Source: Cirrosporium novae-zelandiae (Eukaryota). From it: 64,000 nucleotides of DNA. Made by a program: the position numbers and the translations under genes. The DNA lies in assembly GCA_026023565.1 (NCBI GenBank), contig JAPETS010000021.1, positions 124,001-188,000 of the forward strand, read 5' to 3'. The notes beneath the pieces were generated by a model. It was not told the DNA's origin. It did not search any database and saw only the letters and a program-made list of their open reading frames with translations. Below, piece after piece: positions 24,532 to 35,853 of the stretch. Numbering within the stretch: the first letter of the stretch is position 1; each line of letters starts with the position of its first letter.

Positions 24532-25834
24532 GGCTCTCTCGATAATGGGCTAGGTGGGCGTAAGAGTGACTTTGGTTGAAGGATTATAAGTCCACCTCAA
24601 ATAGCCTGTATATAGAGCAGCTCTTACATCGACAGAGTCTGCCCGGTCAAAGCCTTTCGTGGTCATGAAGAGTATTTAAAAGGATGGTACATGGGTTATC
24701 GGTTCATACTGTTATAAGTTCAGATAGATCAAGAGGCCCTGATCCGCTTTACCTTCGAGGAGCAGGGATTCATTCCATGCTTAGACGGTTACGACAAACA
24801 ATGCAAACATCATGCCTCAGGCCTAAAGTATTCAGCACGAGCCAACCTTGAGTCATCTTGAAACTCATCGACATGGAATGAGATGAGATGGGATGATAGG
24901 GAAGTTGGCTTAAGATCAGATTCTTTATTACAAGATGGTTCTAGCTAATATATATATATAACCATCTACACTATGGTTGCATCGCAGAACGTTCTTGTTC
25001 CTAAAACATTTGCCGGAAACAGTTTCCATGATTAGATCCATCGGATATCGTGGGCATGTCTATTAATTTGCCTCCAATCCATAGTATACTCGAGGTCAAG
25101 GTGCAGAGTTTTTAGCAGCGATTTGATAGCCAAGAGACATCTCTCTATAATAGAATCAATAGATGTCAAAACCTACTGGAGACTGCTCGGAACTCCGTTT
25201 TCATTTACTCCATCTTCTCAATCAACACCCACCCCCGGACCAAGTTCATCACTATTCCTCAACACCAAGATGCAGCGCCATGGGAACTGCCGAGACATTT
25301 AATGATTTGCTATACTACAGAAAAAAATTGCTCTGTTAACTGATTGGTTGAAAATATTATTCCTGCTGCATTCGGAATGATGACAATGAGGAAACAATTC
25401 TTTGTGATTGAACACAGCTGTCGAACCCTATCACATAGAACACGCTCCAGGAACCCAATATTCCAATTAGCAGCGCACCACCACCCATAGTCTAAGCTGT
25501 TGACCTCAGAATAATCCAATATCGACACTCAAACTTATCCTCCGCTTAACCGCTACCCAGCTGTCATACCCAACCTTGACCCAACCTCTGTGGCACGAAC
25601 AGGTCATTCCTACCTGCAACTCTTACTCAATGAACTACATCGCTCGCAGCATAACCATCAATCTTCCTTCTCCCCAAGCATCCTCAAATTATCATGTCTG
25701 TTAAATTTTGACTTTTATCATATTACCTTCTTCAATTTCGGTGGATAAATAGACACTCTATCCGTGATTTCCTCAATCAGTAGAGATATTCTCAAGTCGA
25801 TTGATCCTTCCCATGAGGAGAGTGTCATACCAAC

Positions 25835-27586
25835 ATGAACGACAATGATCCCGCAAACCTGGCGGACAAGTTGAAGGAGAAGGATGCATCGATTGCCCAT
25901 TTAAGAGTACAACTCGAGAAAAAGAACAAAGTCATCGCCGATTATGAAACCAATCTCCAAAGCCTCTATGCAACTATGAGAGAGAAGAAAAAATCATATA
26001 ATGAGGAGTTTACAGGCCTTCGCAAGAAGTTGGAAAAAAAAGAGCAGCAATGCAAAAAGGCAGAAGCGGACCTCGCCAATTGGATGAACGAACATAAGGA
26101 TTTGGTGGAGAGTAAGGACGTGGATAATCGGACTACCATTCTCCATGAAAATCGAGAAATGCAGAGGACCATTGAAGACCTTCAAGAAAAGCTCGAAAAA
26201 ACACCCGTCGCAACGTCTGAAAGCGACAAAACTACGCGAGGGTTTGACAAAGCCCGGATAAGAACCATGAAAGATACGCAGGACAAGGTTTCAGAAGTAC
26301 AGACGGAGAACATCCAACTAAAGAAAGATATTGGGAGCCGCAACACCAACTCTATATATGTTGAATCCCTTTGCTACGGTACCGAGCTAATGGTAGGGAG
26401 GGATATACTCGACGGAAGCGTTGCAAATGACCCTGTATCTGCAACTAGACCTCGGAGCAACTCTTTTCTGTCGGACGAATTAGAGGAAATAGGAGATGGG
26501 GATGAAAATGGCGAAAGATTTGAGGCTAAAACGCCGAAAACGATCGTCATGCCAAGTCGTGAACTTCCACTATTTACCGAAGAAAATGAAAATGCCATCG
26601 AGGAATCTGAGCGATCTACCGAAGAAGTAGATCCACTTGACAGCAAGTCCCAACTATCTTCCAAGAGATCTCAAAAGCGAAAGAGAAAGCGAAACTCGAT
26701 GGTGGCTTCAACAGGCCATCCATACAAAATGAACTATGAGGGCCAGGCTACTCAGACAGAGGCTAAAGCTCAAACTTCAAAGATGGTGACCGATTTAGAG
26801 ATAGTTAATATTACCCCAGAAGAGTTGTTTAAACAACAAACAAAAGCAGCCAGCACTCAAACAGAATACACCGCCTCAGAAGAAAGTACTCAGACTGGTG
26901 TTGTCATGGAATCAGCAAGTATTCAACCAGTCTTAGGGATGGTGGCGGGATTGGGTGTGATTGATATTGCTCCAGAAGAACCGCACAAATTACAATTTAA
27001 AGAGGCTGGCATCCAGACTGAAACGATCCAAGGGCAAGCAGATACCCAGCCCATTTTAACAACCATGACGGGATTGGGCGTGGTAGATGTTGCTCCAGAA
27101 GGACCAGGCGAATGGCAACCATGGATAGCCAAGATTCCAAGAAAATACACCACATCATCAGAAGGTACTCAGACTGATGCTGGGATAGCACCATCAAACG
27201 CCAGAAAAAAGCTCATCTCATTCCTCTTAGAACATCCTTGGTTTAAAGCCGAGGATGAGGAGCCAGATCTCTCCAAGAATGACCCATTGTGGCAACGCAT
27301 TCTATCTGGTCTACTTCCTTTTATTTTTTTCTTCTTGATCCTCGCGTTTTTCTATTACCAAGCGGAAACCGCGAAAGAACGCAGAATGTGGCTAGAAGGT
27401 AATGAACACACCAGAACCTCCCTCATAACCATCCGCGATCAAAGATGTGGAAGCAAAAATCATTTGATTAATTTGGTCGATAGTCTCTTTGGATATTTTG
27501 AAGGATCTTGGATAGGTGAAATTCTAAATAAGTTGTCACGTGGTATCCAACAGTACTTTAATATGGGTTATGGTGTTTTTGGTTGA
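25835..27586 (+). CDS. Coiled-coil protein with repeated TQT motifs and a single C-terminal TM helix (583 aa)
   Basis: Long ORF. N-terminal ~170 aa heptad-rich, basic KRSQKRKRKR cluster, three ~50-aa internal repeats, TM LLPFIFFFLILAFFYY, ~75-aa tail. An upstream exon cannot be excluded. Confidence 0.8.
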   Translation: MNDNDPANLADKLKEKDASIAHLRVQLEKKNKVIADYETNLQSLYATMREKKKSYNEEFTGLRKKLEKKEQQCKKAEADLANWMNEHKDLVESKDVDNRTTILHENREMQRTIEDLQEKLEKTPVATSESDKTTRGFDKARIRTMKDTQDKVSEVQTENIQLKKDIGSRNTNSIYVESLCYGTELMVGRDILDGSVANDPVSATRPRSNSFLSDELEEIGDGDENGERFEAKTPKTIVMPSRELPLFTEENENAIEESERSTEEVDPLDSKSQLSSKRSQKRKRKRNSMVASTGHPYKMNYEGQATQTEAKAQTSKMVTDLEIVNITPEELFKQQTKAASTQTEYTASEESTQTGVVMESASIQPVLGMVAGLGVIDIAPEEPHKLQFKEAGIQTETIQGQADTQPILTTMTGLGVVDVAPEGPGEWQPWIAKIPRKYTTSSEGTQTDAGIAPSNARKKLISFLLEHPWFKAEDEEPDLSKNDPLWQRILSGLLPFIFFFLILAFFYYQAETAKERRMWLEGNEHTRTSLITIRDQRCGSKNHLINLVDSLFGYFEGSWIGEILNKLSRGIQQYFNMGYGVFG

Positions 27587-28413
27587 TATTCAAATTGAGG
27601 GCATACGGCTCTCCAATCCTGAAGGCCAATAATGGATAGCAATAATGTGTTACTGTCAACCACGTTCTATGGCGCGAATTTTTTCATTCTCTGTTCTTGG
27701 ATATCATGTTTTTTGGTTCTTAGAGTTAATGGTTTTCTATGATGATGAATGAGGGGCAATGACAACAAGCTGGATATTTGGCTGTGGGGCTATGCCGTCG
27801 TCGTGAGCCCATCCCTTGTCTCTTTGGAGACTCGAGGCAGGGTAAACTCATGGCATATTTTCATAGCTGGGTATTGGTATTGATTTGGCAACCATGTAAA
27901 GGGATGGATCAGGGTGCTAAGCCATCATTGCTGGATATGAGCTCTGTGGATGCTACTGATTGAACATGGCCTACTAGACTCGGATGGGTGAGCTTATTAT
28001 AATTCTCACAACTAGTAATGTTGGTCCGTTTTTCCCCCTTTCACTTGTTCATGTGACGGAGGATACTTTATGTATAAAGCAAGACTGGAATAAAAAGTAC
28101 ATGAAAAATGAATTGGTGTCCTTTACTTTGATAGAGTGGCTTGGATTGTGTGAATAGTCCGTTATAGGGAGACCTAGCTGTAATGATGTGGTTGCACCAA
28201 GTGGGAACAAAAATAGTTCCGAACGCTAACCTCAAAGTAGAGTCATAACCGAACGCTCGACTACAAAGTGCCGTGAGTGCTGTAAACTCCGAATCCTCTC
28301 AAGTCCTCCAACAAGCTCTCCATATTCTCTTCTCAAACTCAACAACTTTTCTAATCCCTCTCTAAAAAAATAACCTTTTTGCTTGAACACGTGTAACCTT
28401 TCGAATCCTCATC

Positions 28414-30132
28414 ATGGATAGAAGCCTTGATGAAATTATATCCGAGCGACCGGTATGCAGCTTCGTTTGATCAGTTGTGCATTCCACTACTAATGCAGTG
28501 CTAATCATCCTCATAGCAGAGAGCAAATCGTGGAGGTCGAAGAGGTGGACGTGGACGTCGTAACGATCATTGGTCCCGTGACGGCGCAAGAAAGGTTAGT
28601 AGACAGACGTCTCATTATCTCAAGCCTCCACCTTCCTTCAGCCACAAGATCTCTTTCTGAGAACTTTACTATATAGGTTTCGCTCCTCCTCCTCGTTACT
28701 CCTGTATCGCTCTAGTTCGCATCATAAACCTCTATCACCGTCTAGTCGTTTTCGATATGCTCCAAATGCTCAGGCGGCTTTCGGTGGTCGACAATATTGC
28801 TACTACATACCTTGAAATCAGATGCCAGAGCGATGGATCTACCATATAATGCTTGACACACCGCTGACCTAGTGATAACCACTGCCTCAATATAGTCAAA
28901 TAATAGAGAAGAGCGCGGAAATCCCGATTTGTAAGAATGCCTTGGAACATTTTCCCCTCTTCATTTTTGCGTTGTTGGCTAACAATGGTCTGCTAAAACA
29001 GAGATTGGGTCCATGACAAATTCGAAGATGATCGAGATAGTATGTCGCTAATCTAGACTTCTACATCCCTGAGCGCATCCTTACCTATATTCCTAGCCCG
29101 CCGACCTGAGCGAGGAGGTTTCCGTTCCTCCCGTCCCGAACGATATTCCGATGACGACCGTGACGAAAGGCAAGAACTCTTCCCCGATCGCAAACGTGGA
29201 TTCTATTACAAAAACCATTATCCTAACACTTCCCGCTTGGATTACAGTCCCGACAATTCGGCTAAACTTCGAGTGGATAACCTTCATTACGACCTAACAG
29301 AAAAAGAACTCGAGGTATATTTTTAACCATATTTTGTTCCTCTGGACGTCCTGACTGACAACTTCAGGAACTCTTCACGCGCATTGGCCCTGTCTCTTCA
29401 CTCTCTATCCGTTATGACCGTGCTGGCCGTAGTGAAGGCACAGCCTATGTAACATATATCTCTATCCAAGACGCTAATGAAGCCATAAGAAACTTTGATG
29501 GCGCCAATGCATACGGCCAGCCTATTCGTGTGACCCTTCTCCCCACAGCACCCTCACATAACCGCACCTCTGGAAAAAATCCTTTTGGCGGATTTGACCG
29601 AGATCAAGGGAATACCCGTGCGAGCGGCAAGGGCAAGAGTTTGTTTGAAAGGGTGAGCGGAGGACCAGGACCCAGAGATCTTGCGAGTCGTATTACAGGT
29701 CGTCCCCACTCCCGTTCTCGTTCTGCATCACCAGGAAGAGCTGGCCGTCGTTCCGACGTCTCGAAGCCTCCACCAGATAACATCGATCGCTATGTCCCTG
29801 GCCGAGATGGCCGTACAAGGTCTCCTATTCCCCGTAATCGACGTCGGGGTGGTGGACCAATAAACGATTCTAGGAACAATAGGGGAAGGAGGGGTGATGG
29901 GAGAGGAAAGAGGGGAGACCTCATGGATATTGAGAAGGAGGGTGCCGACGGCCATAAAATTGTCAATGGACGGCCCCGAAAGACACAGGAGGAATTGGAC
30001 AAGGAGATGGATGAATACTGGGGCAGTCGAAACCAGGACCAAACGCAGGAGCAGAGTGGAGGACCTGTCCAGCAAAATGATGGGACAACTGTTCAGCAAC
30101 CGGTGGATGAAGATATTGATATGATTGAGTAG
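28414..30132 (+). CDS. ALYREF/Yra1/THOC4-like mRNA export adaptor (N-UBM, RGG, WxHD, RRM, C-UBM)
   Basis: Exons 28414-28452, 28517-28594, 28896-28930, 29002-29039, 29097-29169, 29248-29314 and 29368-30132. Motifs MDRSLDEII, RGG, DWVHDKF, RRM LRVDNLHYDLTE..YDRAGRSEGTAYV, C-terminal KTQEELDKEMDEYW. Confidence 0.88.
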
Positions 30133-31106
30133 GCTTGTCTACGTGAAAGGTTGGATTGAGTGGTGCTTATGCTACACCATGCTATCTCGGAGTAGTTGTT
30201 CGCTTGTTTGTTTTTTCCTATTTGTTGCTCCCAAAGGTCTATTTCGGGCGGCCTGATAGCAGGAGAGTGCGAAATTCCTACTACTCGATAATTGTCTGAT
30301 TAAGGATAGATACACAGAAATGACAACGGCAATAAGCTGAGGACGGTTTTGTCACAACAGATATCATATCTCCACTCGATAACAATGAAAGTTTGAAGCG
30401 ATAAAAACTGCAAGGCACAAGTACCTGCTTACAATCTTTCCGATTCTTGTTTCCAGACTAGCCCACCATAGAGCTATGCCATATTCTATCTCCATACCCC
30501 TCCAACAAGTGCAGGAAGTCGGAGCCGAATAAGTTGCTCTTCAAACAAAACAAACAATCCGGTCTTGGCAGCTTGTTTGTTTCCTAATACAGAATAGTAG
30601 GGTTGTGAGGGGCTAGATAATTGACGCATCATACAAGAACCTCAAGCACATGAGAGAGTTAGTTCAAGTAATGTAATGTTGTAATGCAAGGACGATCCAA
30701 ATTGCTAAATTATTAAGTAAACCATTTATTTTCCAAAAAAAAAAGCATTGCTCGAACCGAAAGTCCCCAAATGACCGAGTGTCTTGCCATTTTTTTTTGC
30801 GTGCACCACACCAAATGCACACCCAGCATTCCATCCATCTCACCAATAACTAAATAATATGCATACTATCTATAACAGGAGTAGTAAGTAGTAAGTAGTA
30901 AGTAGAAAGAAACGGTTGCCCCCCCGAAACTTTAAGCCCTTTGGCTAGCTAGCTAGCTTAGCTAAATTATGAATGAAGATGATGGGGAAGAAGAGCGGGT
31001 AAATCAATCAATTAACCATCAATGATGAATGGCTGGAAGATAATTTTTTTGTTATACTCTTTCGAGAGAGAGAGAGAGAGAGAGAGAGCAAGTTAATAGC
31101 TAGCTA

Positions 31107-31829
31107 TCAGTCCAACCTGCTTCTAACGTCACTTTTTTTTTTTTTGAAAAGTGTGGAATGTTGGACAAATATTTTTCTCACCCTGTGTCCTTTTGTCGTA
31201 CTATCCCTCCCGAGGAGCCTGTTTGTTTGCCCTAATATAGAGAACATCAGCTTCCGAAGACCCCTCCGCACACAAAGAGGGGGGGGAAGTAATAGGTAAA
31301 TAATTCACGTACTGCTTTTTGTCCCTCCACTACCAATTTATCTAGTTGATAAAACTGACTGATGACGGTTTGTCTCTATATTTCAATCCAGATAACATTA
31401 GCAAACCTATCTTATACCGCTTAATCTTACTCCGTCCGCATGTGAAAAAAACAATTTAATTTGTAAACAAACCCTTAAAGACTGTAATTCTTTTAACCCC
31501 TTCTGTATCAACTCCTGCACGACTCTTGGATCGGTCTCTTGCTGATGTTCTCGGAACCTATCCTTCGTCCTCCGTTTGGCATATTCTCTGAAGTTGTAAC
31601 TGGCAAATTGGGAAGATTGGCGGAGGAGGGAGCGGAACTACAAGCAGGAAAAAATAGTTAGCCCTTGTTAGGTCCCATTGTACCTATTTTTTTTTCGAGC
31701 ATCTGATTTGATTTAAAGTAGGGGTAGATGAATACAATATATAGGCTGGAAGCTTGGAGGGGAAAGAAAGAAACATACGAGAGATCGAGCCTGAAAGGCA
31801 GTATCGCCTTTCAGCATGGCCACCGACAT
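31107..31829 (-). CDS. ISD11: Isd11/LYRM4, partner of the mitochondrial cysteine desulfurase Nfs1
   Basis: Exons 31829-31779, 31637-31473, 31375-31313, 31231-31182 and ~31116-31107. Spliced: [64 protein letters not shown]. The last acceptor is uncertain. Confidence 0.92.
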
Positions 31830-32454
31830 TGCTCCGCTCAAGAGGAGCAAATGACCAGAATATAATCCCTTCAACAGTCGCCCAAAGAATACCTTGCTCT
31901 TTTCTGTAAATTCCAGACCGAGTCCGCGACCGAAAAGCTTTTTGCGGAGGTAAGTACGCAAGCAAGCTTCGCCGGTTCCAGCTCCGGAGGTGAGAACACA
32001 AATGATATCTTTGGTCGGAAATACCTTGGGGGGGGCGGCGGCGAGGTTGGTTCCAGAAATATAAAATACAGGTCAATTATATTCTAAAAAGTATTTTCCA
32101 TTTGTAAGTGTCTGGGACACAAGCAGGAAGATGGTTTTTGAAAGCTAGGCTCCCACTTCTTCTAAGGTGCCGTTCAAATGTCTTCGGAATTTGAAGCGGA
32201 CTTTCAAAACTTCCTTTGGGCGCAATATGACGCTATCCCCGTCAATCAACCCTGAGGCTAATCCCTGTATTGGCCGAGAAGCCGAGGGAGCCATCTTTGG
32301 TTATCTCCGTCGGCCGATGAGATCGTCTTTAATGTCCAACTACCTCTTTTTTTGAGAGAGAGAGAGAATAACTAATTCAATTCAATCAACCAATCCGCTT
32401 TATTTTACTTTATTTTGCTTGAAGAGTCATATTCAGACTTCTCTGCCAGCAAAA

Positions 32455-33331
32455 ATGATCTCACCACAACGTACACGCCAGCAGCAGCTCCCCTCACCGC
32501 CCCCATCCCCACATTCCAATCCCTCCACTCCTCCACCCGGAGATGCCCCAACCCCACTTACCCTCGAATCCCTCCAGTCCACCCTCGACGATCTCCTGGA
32601 GAACTACCTGCGCCTCCTAGACATCTACACAGAGCTCCGCAGCCAGCTCTCTGATTCCTTCTCGAAGGGGTTTCTCTCCCTAGCACAAGCTAATTTCGAG
32701 AGTCGCACGCCGGGGGTACATTATGGGCAGGATTTCTACGACGAGAGGATGAAGGCTGGGAGGAGGGCGTAAGTTTTAAACTTGATATCAATCCTATTGG
32801 TCTCCATTTGAGGGGGCCAACTGACTGCCCTTGAGAAATACTAATGCTGACTCCTCGATTAGCACCATCTCGTCTCCGGTCTCAAAAGAATTGAACCCCA
32901 AATCCAACCCCTCTTTCCTGTCTTACACAATCGCTTCCGTACCCTCAACCTCAGAGGCTTCTTTGCCCCCTAGTTCCTCAACCCCCTCTTCCACCCTTGA
33001 GTCCAAACCTTCCACGGAAACCACCTCTTCTAAACCTAAAAAAGCCCAACCCAATCCTCTTATGTGGTTTTCAGTGCTGCCCCCTCCCTCCCTCCGCGCT
33101 ACGCAAACTCATTTTGTATCCGCTATTGAAAATACAGTTCCGGAATTGCTATGTACCATGATGGAAATGGGGAAGGCGGAAGAAGAGGTCCGGAAGGTAA
33201 GGGCCAGTATTAAGGGTTTAGAGATGGAAGATGAGGACGAGGACGAGGACGAAGACGAAGAGAGCAGCGATGATGAAAAAGGTAGTACAGAAAGCGGAAA
33301 TTGTGAAAAGACAGAAAATAAAATTATATGA
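32455..33331 (+). CDS. VMA22: V-ATPase assembly factor Vma22/CCDC115
   Basis: Exons 32455-32768 and 32863-33331. Motifs LD.LLE.YL.LLD.Y..LR..LS..FSKGFLSLAQANF, YGQDFYDERMKA, PLMWFSVLPPPSLR.TQ.HF. Confidence 0.85.
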
Positions 33332-35286
33332 TTTTATATCTCATGGCTCTCTCTCTCTCTCTCTCTCTCTCTACCCAAGAAGACTTGAGAAGAATATAAC
33401 TAACTACTTACACCGTCTCTTGTTGTGCACCATACCACACAAAATCAAAAAGCAAATATAACCCAGATAGTATGTATATACAATTTTCTTTTCTCTTCTT
33501 TTAGTTATGAATAACACCAACGACGCTTCGGTTATTTAACCCATGTTCTGAACCGGGGTTATGAATTTTATATTTGCCCATTCTGGGGGCGTTTTTCTTG
33601 CCTTTTGGATCCCATTTCAAATATCCTCCGCAATCAGTCAGTTTCACCCAAAAAGGCCAAAAATTACCTCCGAATCCAAAAGTTTCGGATGCCGAAACTC
33701 CGGTTGGACACGGGCTGTACGCATTCAACATCTATATGTTCGAATATAATTCTATATAGAACGTCTCATACAGCGAATTTTGGCCTCCGAGGGTCTATTC
33801 ATCTTTACCGGTTCAGAACGCCGGCTTTATTATCCATCTATAGAAAAAACTGAATATCAATCAACATCAACATCAACTCAAAGGGGAGGTGGGAGGGGGG
33901 AGCAAGATTCCCTTTTAGCCTTTACCCATAAAATCCTATATTGAGAACCCGTTAACTTATTACAAGCATCTATTATAAAAGAAATTCCCGAAAATCCTGA
34001 AACTATTTATCTCATACACATACACATATACGTACTGATGAACATGAGCATAAAGGCTTAAAACATTAGATCTTTATTGTCTATCTGTTTATCGGTGGGA
34101 ATAGGAGTTGGGAGTGTGGTTAAGTAGAGTCGACTCTTTTTTTTTGAGGGGGACAAGAAAAGAAAACGCCTATTATTGATTTTTTTTTTTTTTTTTTTAT
34201 ATTTCAGATAGAGAAGAGAAGTAAGAATTAAGAATTGGGATTAGAATCTCTTAGCTGGTTCCTCTTTCTACTTCTTCTGCCTCTACCTCTCCTTCTGTCA
34301 TTGGACAGGGTATGATATTGCCTTGCCCTGCCTTGCCTCAACTTCCAGGAAAGCCGTTCTATGTTATTCTATACTATACTGTTCTATATTATACTATTTT
34401 ATATTTATATATTTGCCGTAATAAGAGACACCCCCTTCCCAAATCAACAAATTTTTTTTTTTCTTTTTTTCTAAGAGAGATCGACAAATGGCGTCGTTCG
34501 TGCTTCGTGTAAGGAAGTATTCCATCAGGATCCGTCCCGTTACTACTAACTGGCCAATCAACTAACTAACGTGGGGTTTTACGCGATCTAAGGTTCTTCT
34601 TTTCTTCTTTAATGGGGGCGGGGGGAAGGGGAGAGGGGCATGAGTGCTTTCTTTTCTTTTCTTTCTTCCTAGACTTTCTTTCTCTAGGATGCGAGGAATT
34701 GGACGGGGGGTTGGAGGGAGGGGAAAGGGGTTGTTATGTTATATTATATTAACTACTGTAATAGGTAGGAATGATATAAGCCACCGCTGTTATAGCTTGG
34801 ATCTAACTTGTATACATATATATTGCGGTAGAGTTAATTCATATATACCCAATAACCAGAAAAAAGCTACTGTAACATCTTAGAAAGAGGGGTATAGTCT
34901 AATATATATATAATATCTAGATAGCCATGCCAAATGAAAAATTTCGGCACAATGCCCCCCCTTTTTTTCTTCTTCTCTTTTCCTCTTGTTACTCTTTACA
35001 GCACCATTACCACCATTAGGGGGTTATAGATATTAACTCTCTCATTATATTTTCACCCTTTTCACCTTTTACCCTTATTCTTTTCCTTCCCTCTTCCTCT
35101 TCTTCTTCTTCTTCCATATAAAGTATATAATATTCACAATCCAATCAAATACCCAGTTCCCACTTCTCACTTCTTATTTTCCCACCCACAGAGCACCAGC
35201 GCTGCTTCCAACCATTTATATAATTATAACTAAAACCCCTCAACCCTCTAATCATCCAATCCCCCCCCCCTCCCTTTCTCCTTAAA

Positions 35287-35853
35287 TGTAAATACAAATG
35301 CACATCCCCTCCCCCCTTCCCTTTTTAGGTCTTCATGAATCATGATCGGCGAAGGGGGAATAAGACCAGGCCGACCAGACTAAACTAGAACAGACCCCAG
35401 GGGCCCCTCAGTCTGGGTTTAATCAATCTACGAAATGGAAAAGCCCACCTGGTTTGAATCTAATCGGTCCATCTATTCATAGATAGATAGAACTTATCTT
35501 ATCTATTAGTTATATAACATAACATAACCCCGACCCCCCCCCCTTTATCCCATCCCTTATCCCATTTTCCAAATACTAGATCCCCAACTGTAAATACAAA
35601 CGCACATATATACGCCCCCCCCCCCCTTGGGTCTTCTTCATGATCCGTGAAAACAAGGTATTTGCAATTGCAGTAAAATCAGGGGAGGAAAAAATAAAAC
35701 AAATCAGACTAAGGCCCTTGGCTTGGTTTGGTTTAATCGATCTACGAAATAGAAGGCTCCTGGTTTAAGTCTGGTTTGGTCGGTCGGTCTATTCATAGAA
35801 CTGTTGCAGCCTGTCGGTTGGTTGTATAATATAACATAATATAACCCTCCCCC
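35287..35853. repeat. Degenerate ~300-bp tandem duplication in intergenic DNA
   Basis: Collinear blocks TGTAAATACAAAyGCACAT, poly-C, GGTCTTC..CATGATC, GGTTTAATCrATCTACGAAAT, CCTGGTTT, TCTATTCATAGA and ATAACATAA appear from both 35287 and 35589. Confidence 0.8.

Noticed and set aside
33501..33853. Cluster of short ORFs, including a Trp/Gly-rich 76-aa minus-strand ORF
   Set aside because: More complex than its surroundings, but I could not link it to upstream exons or a family.
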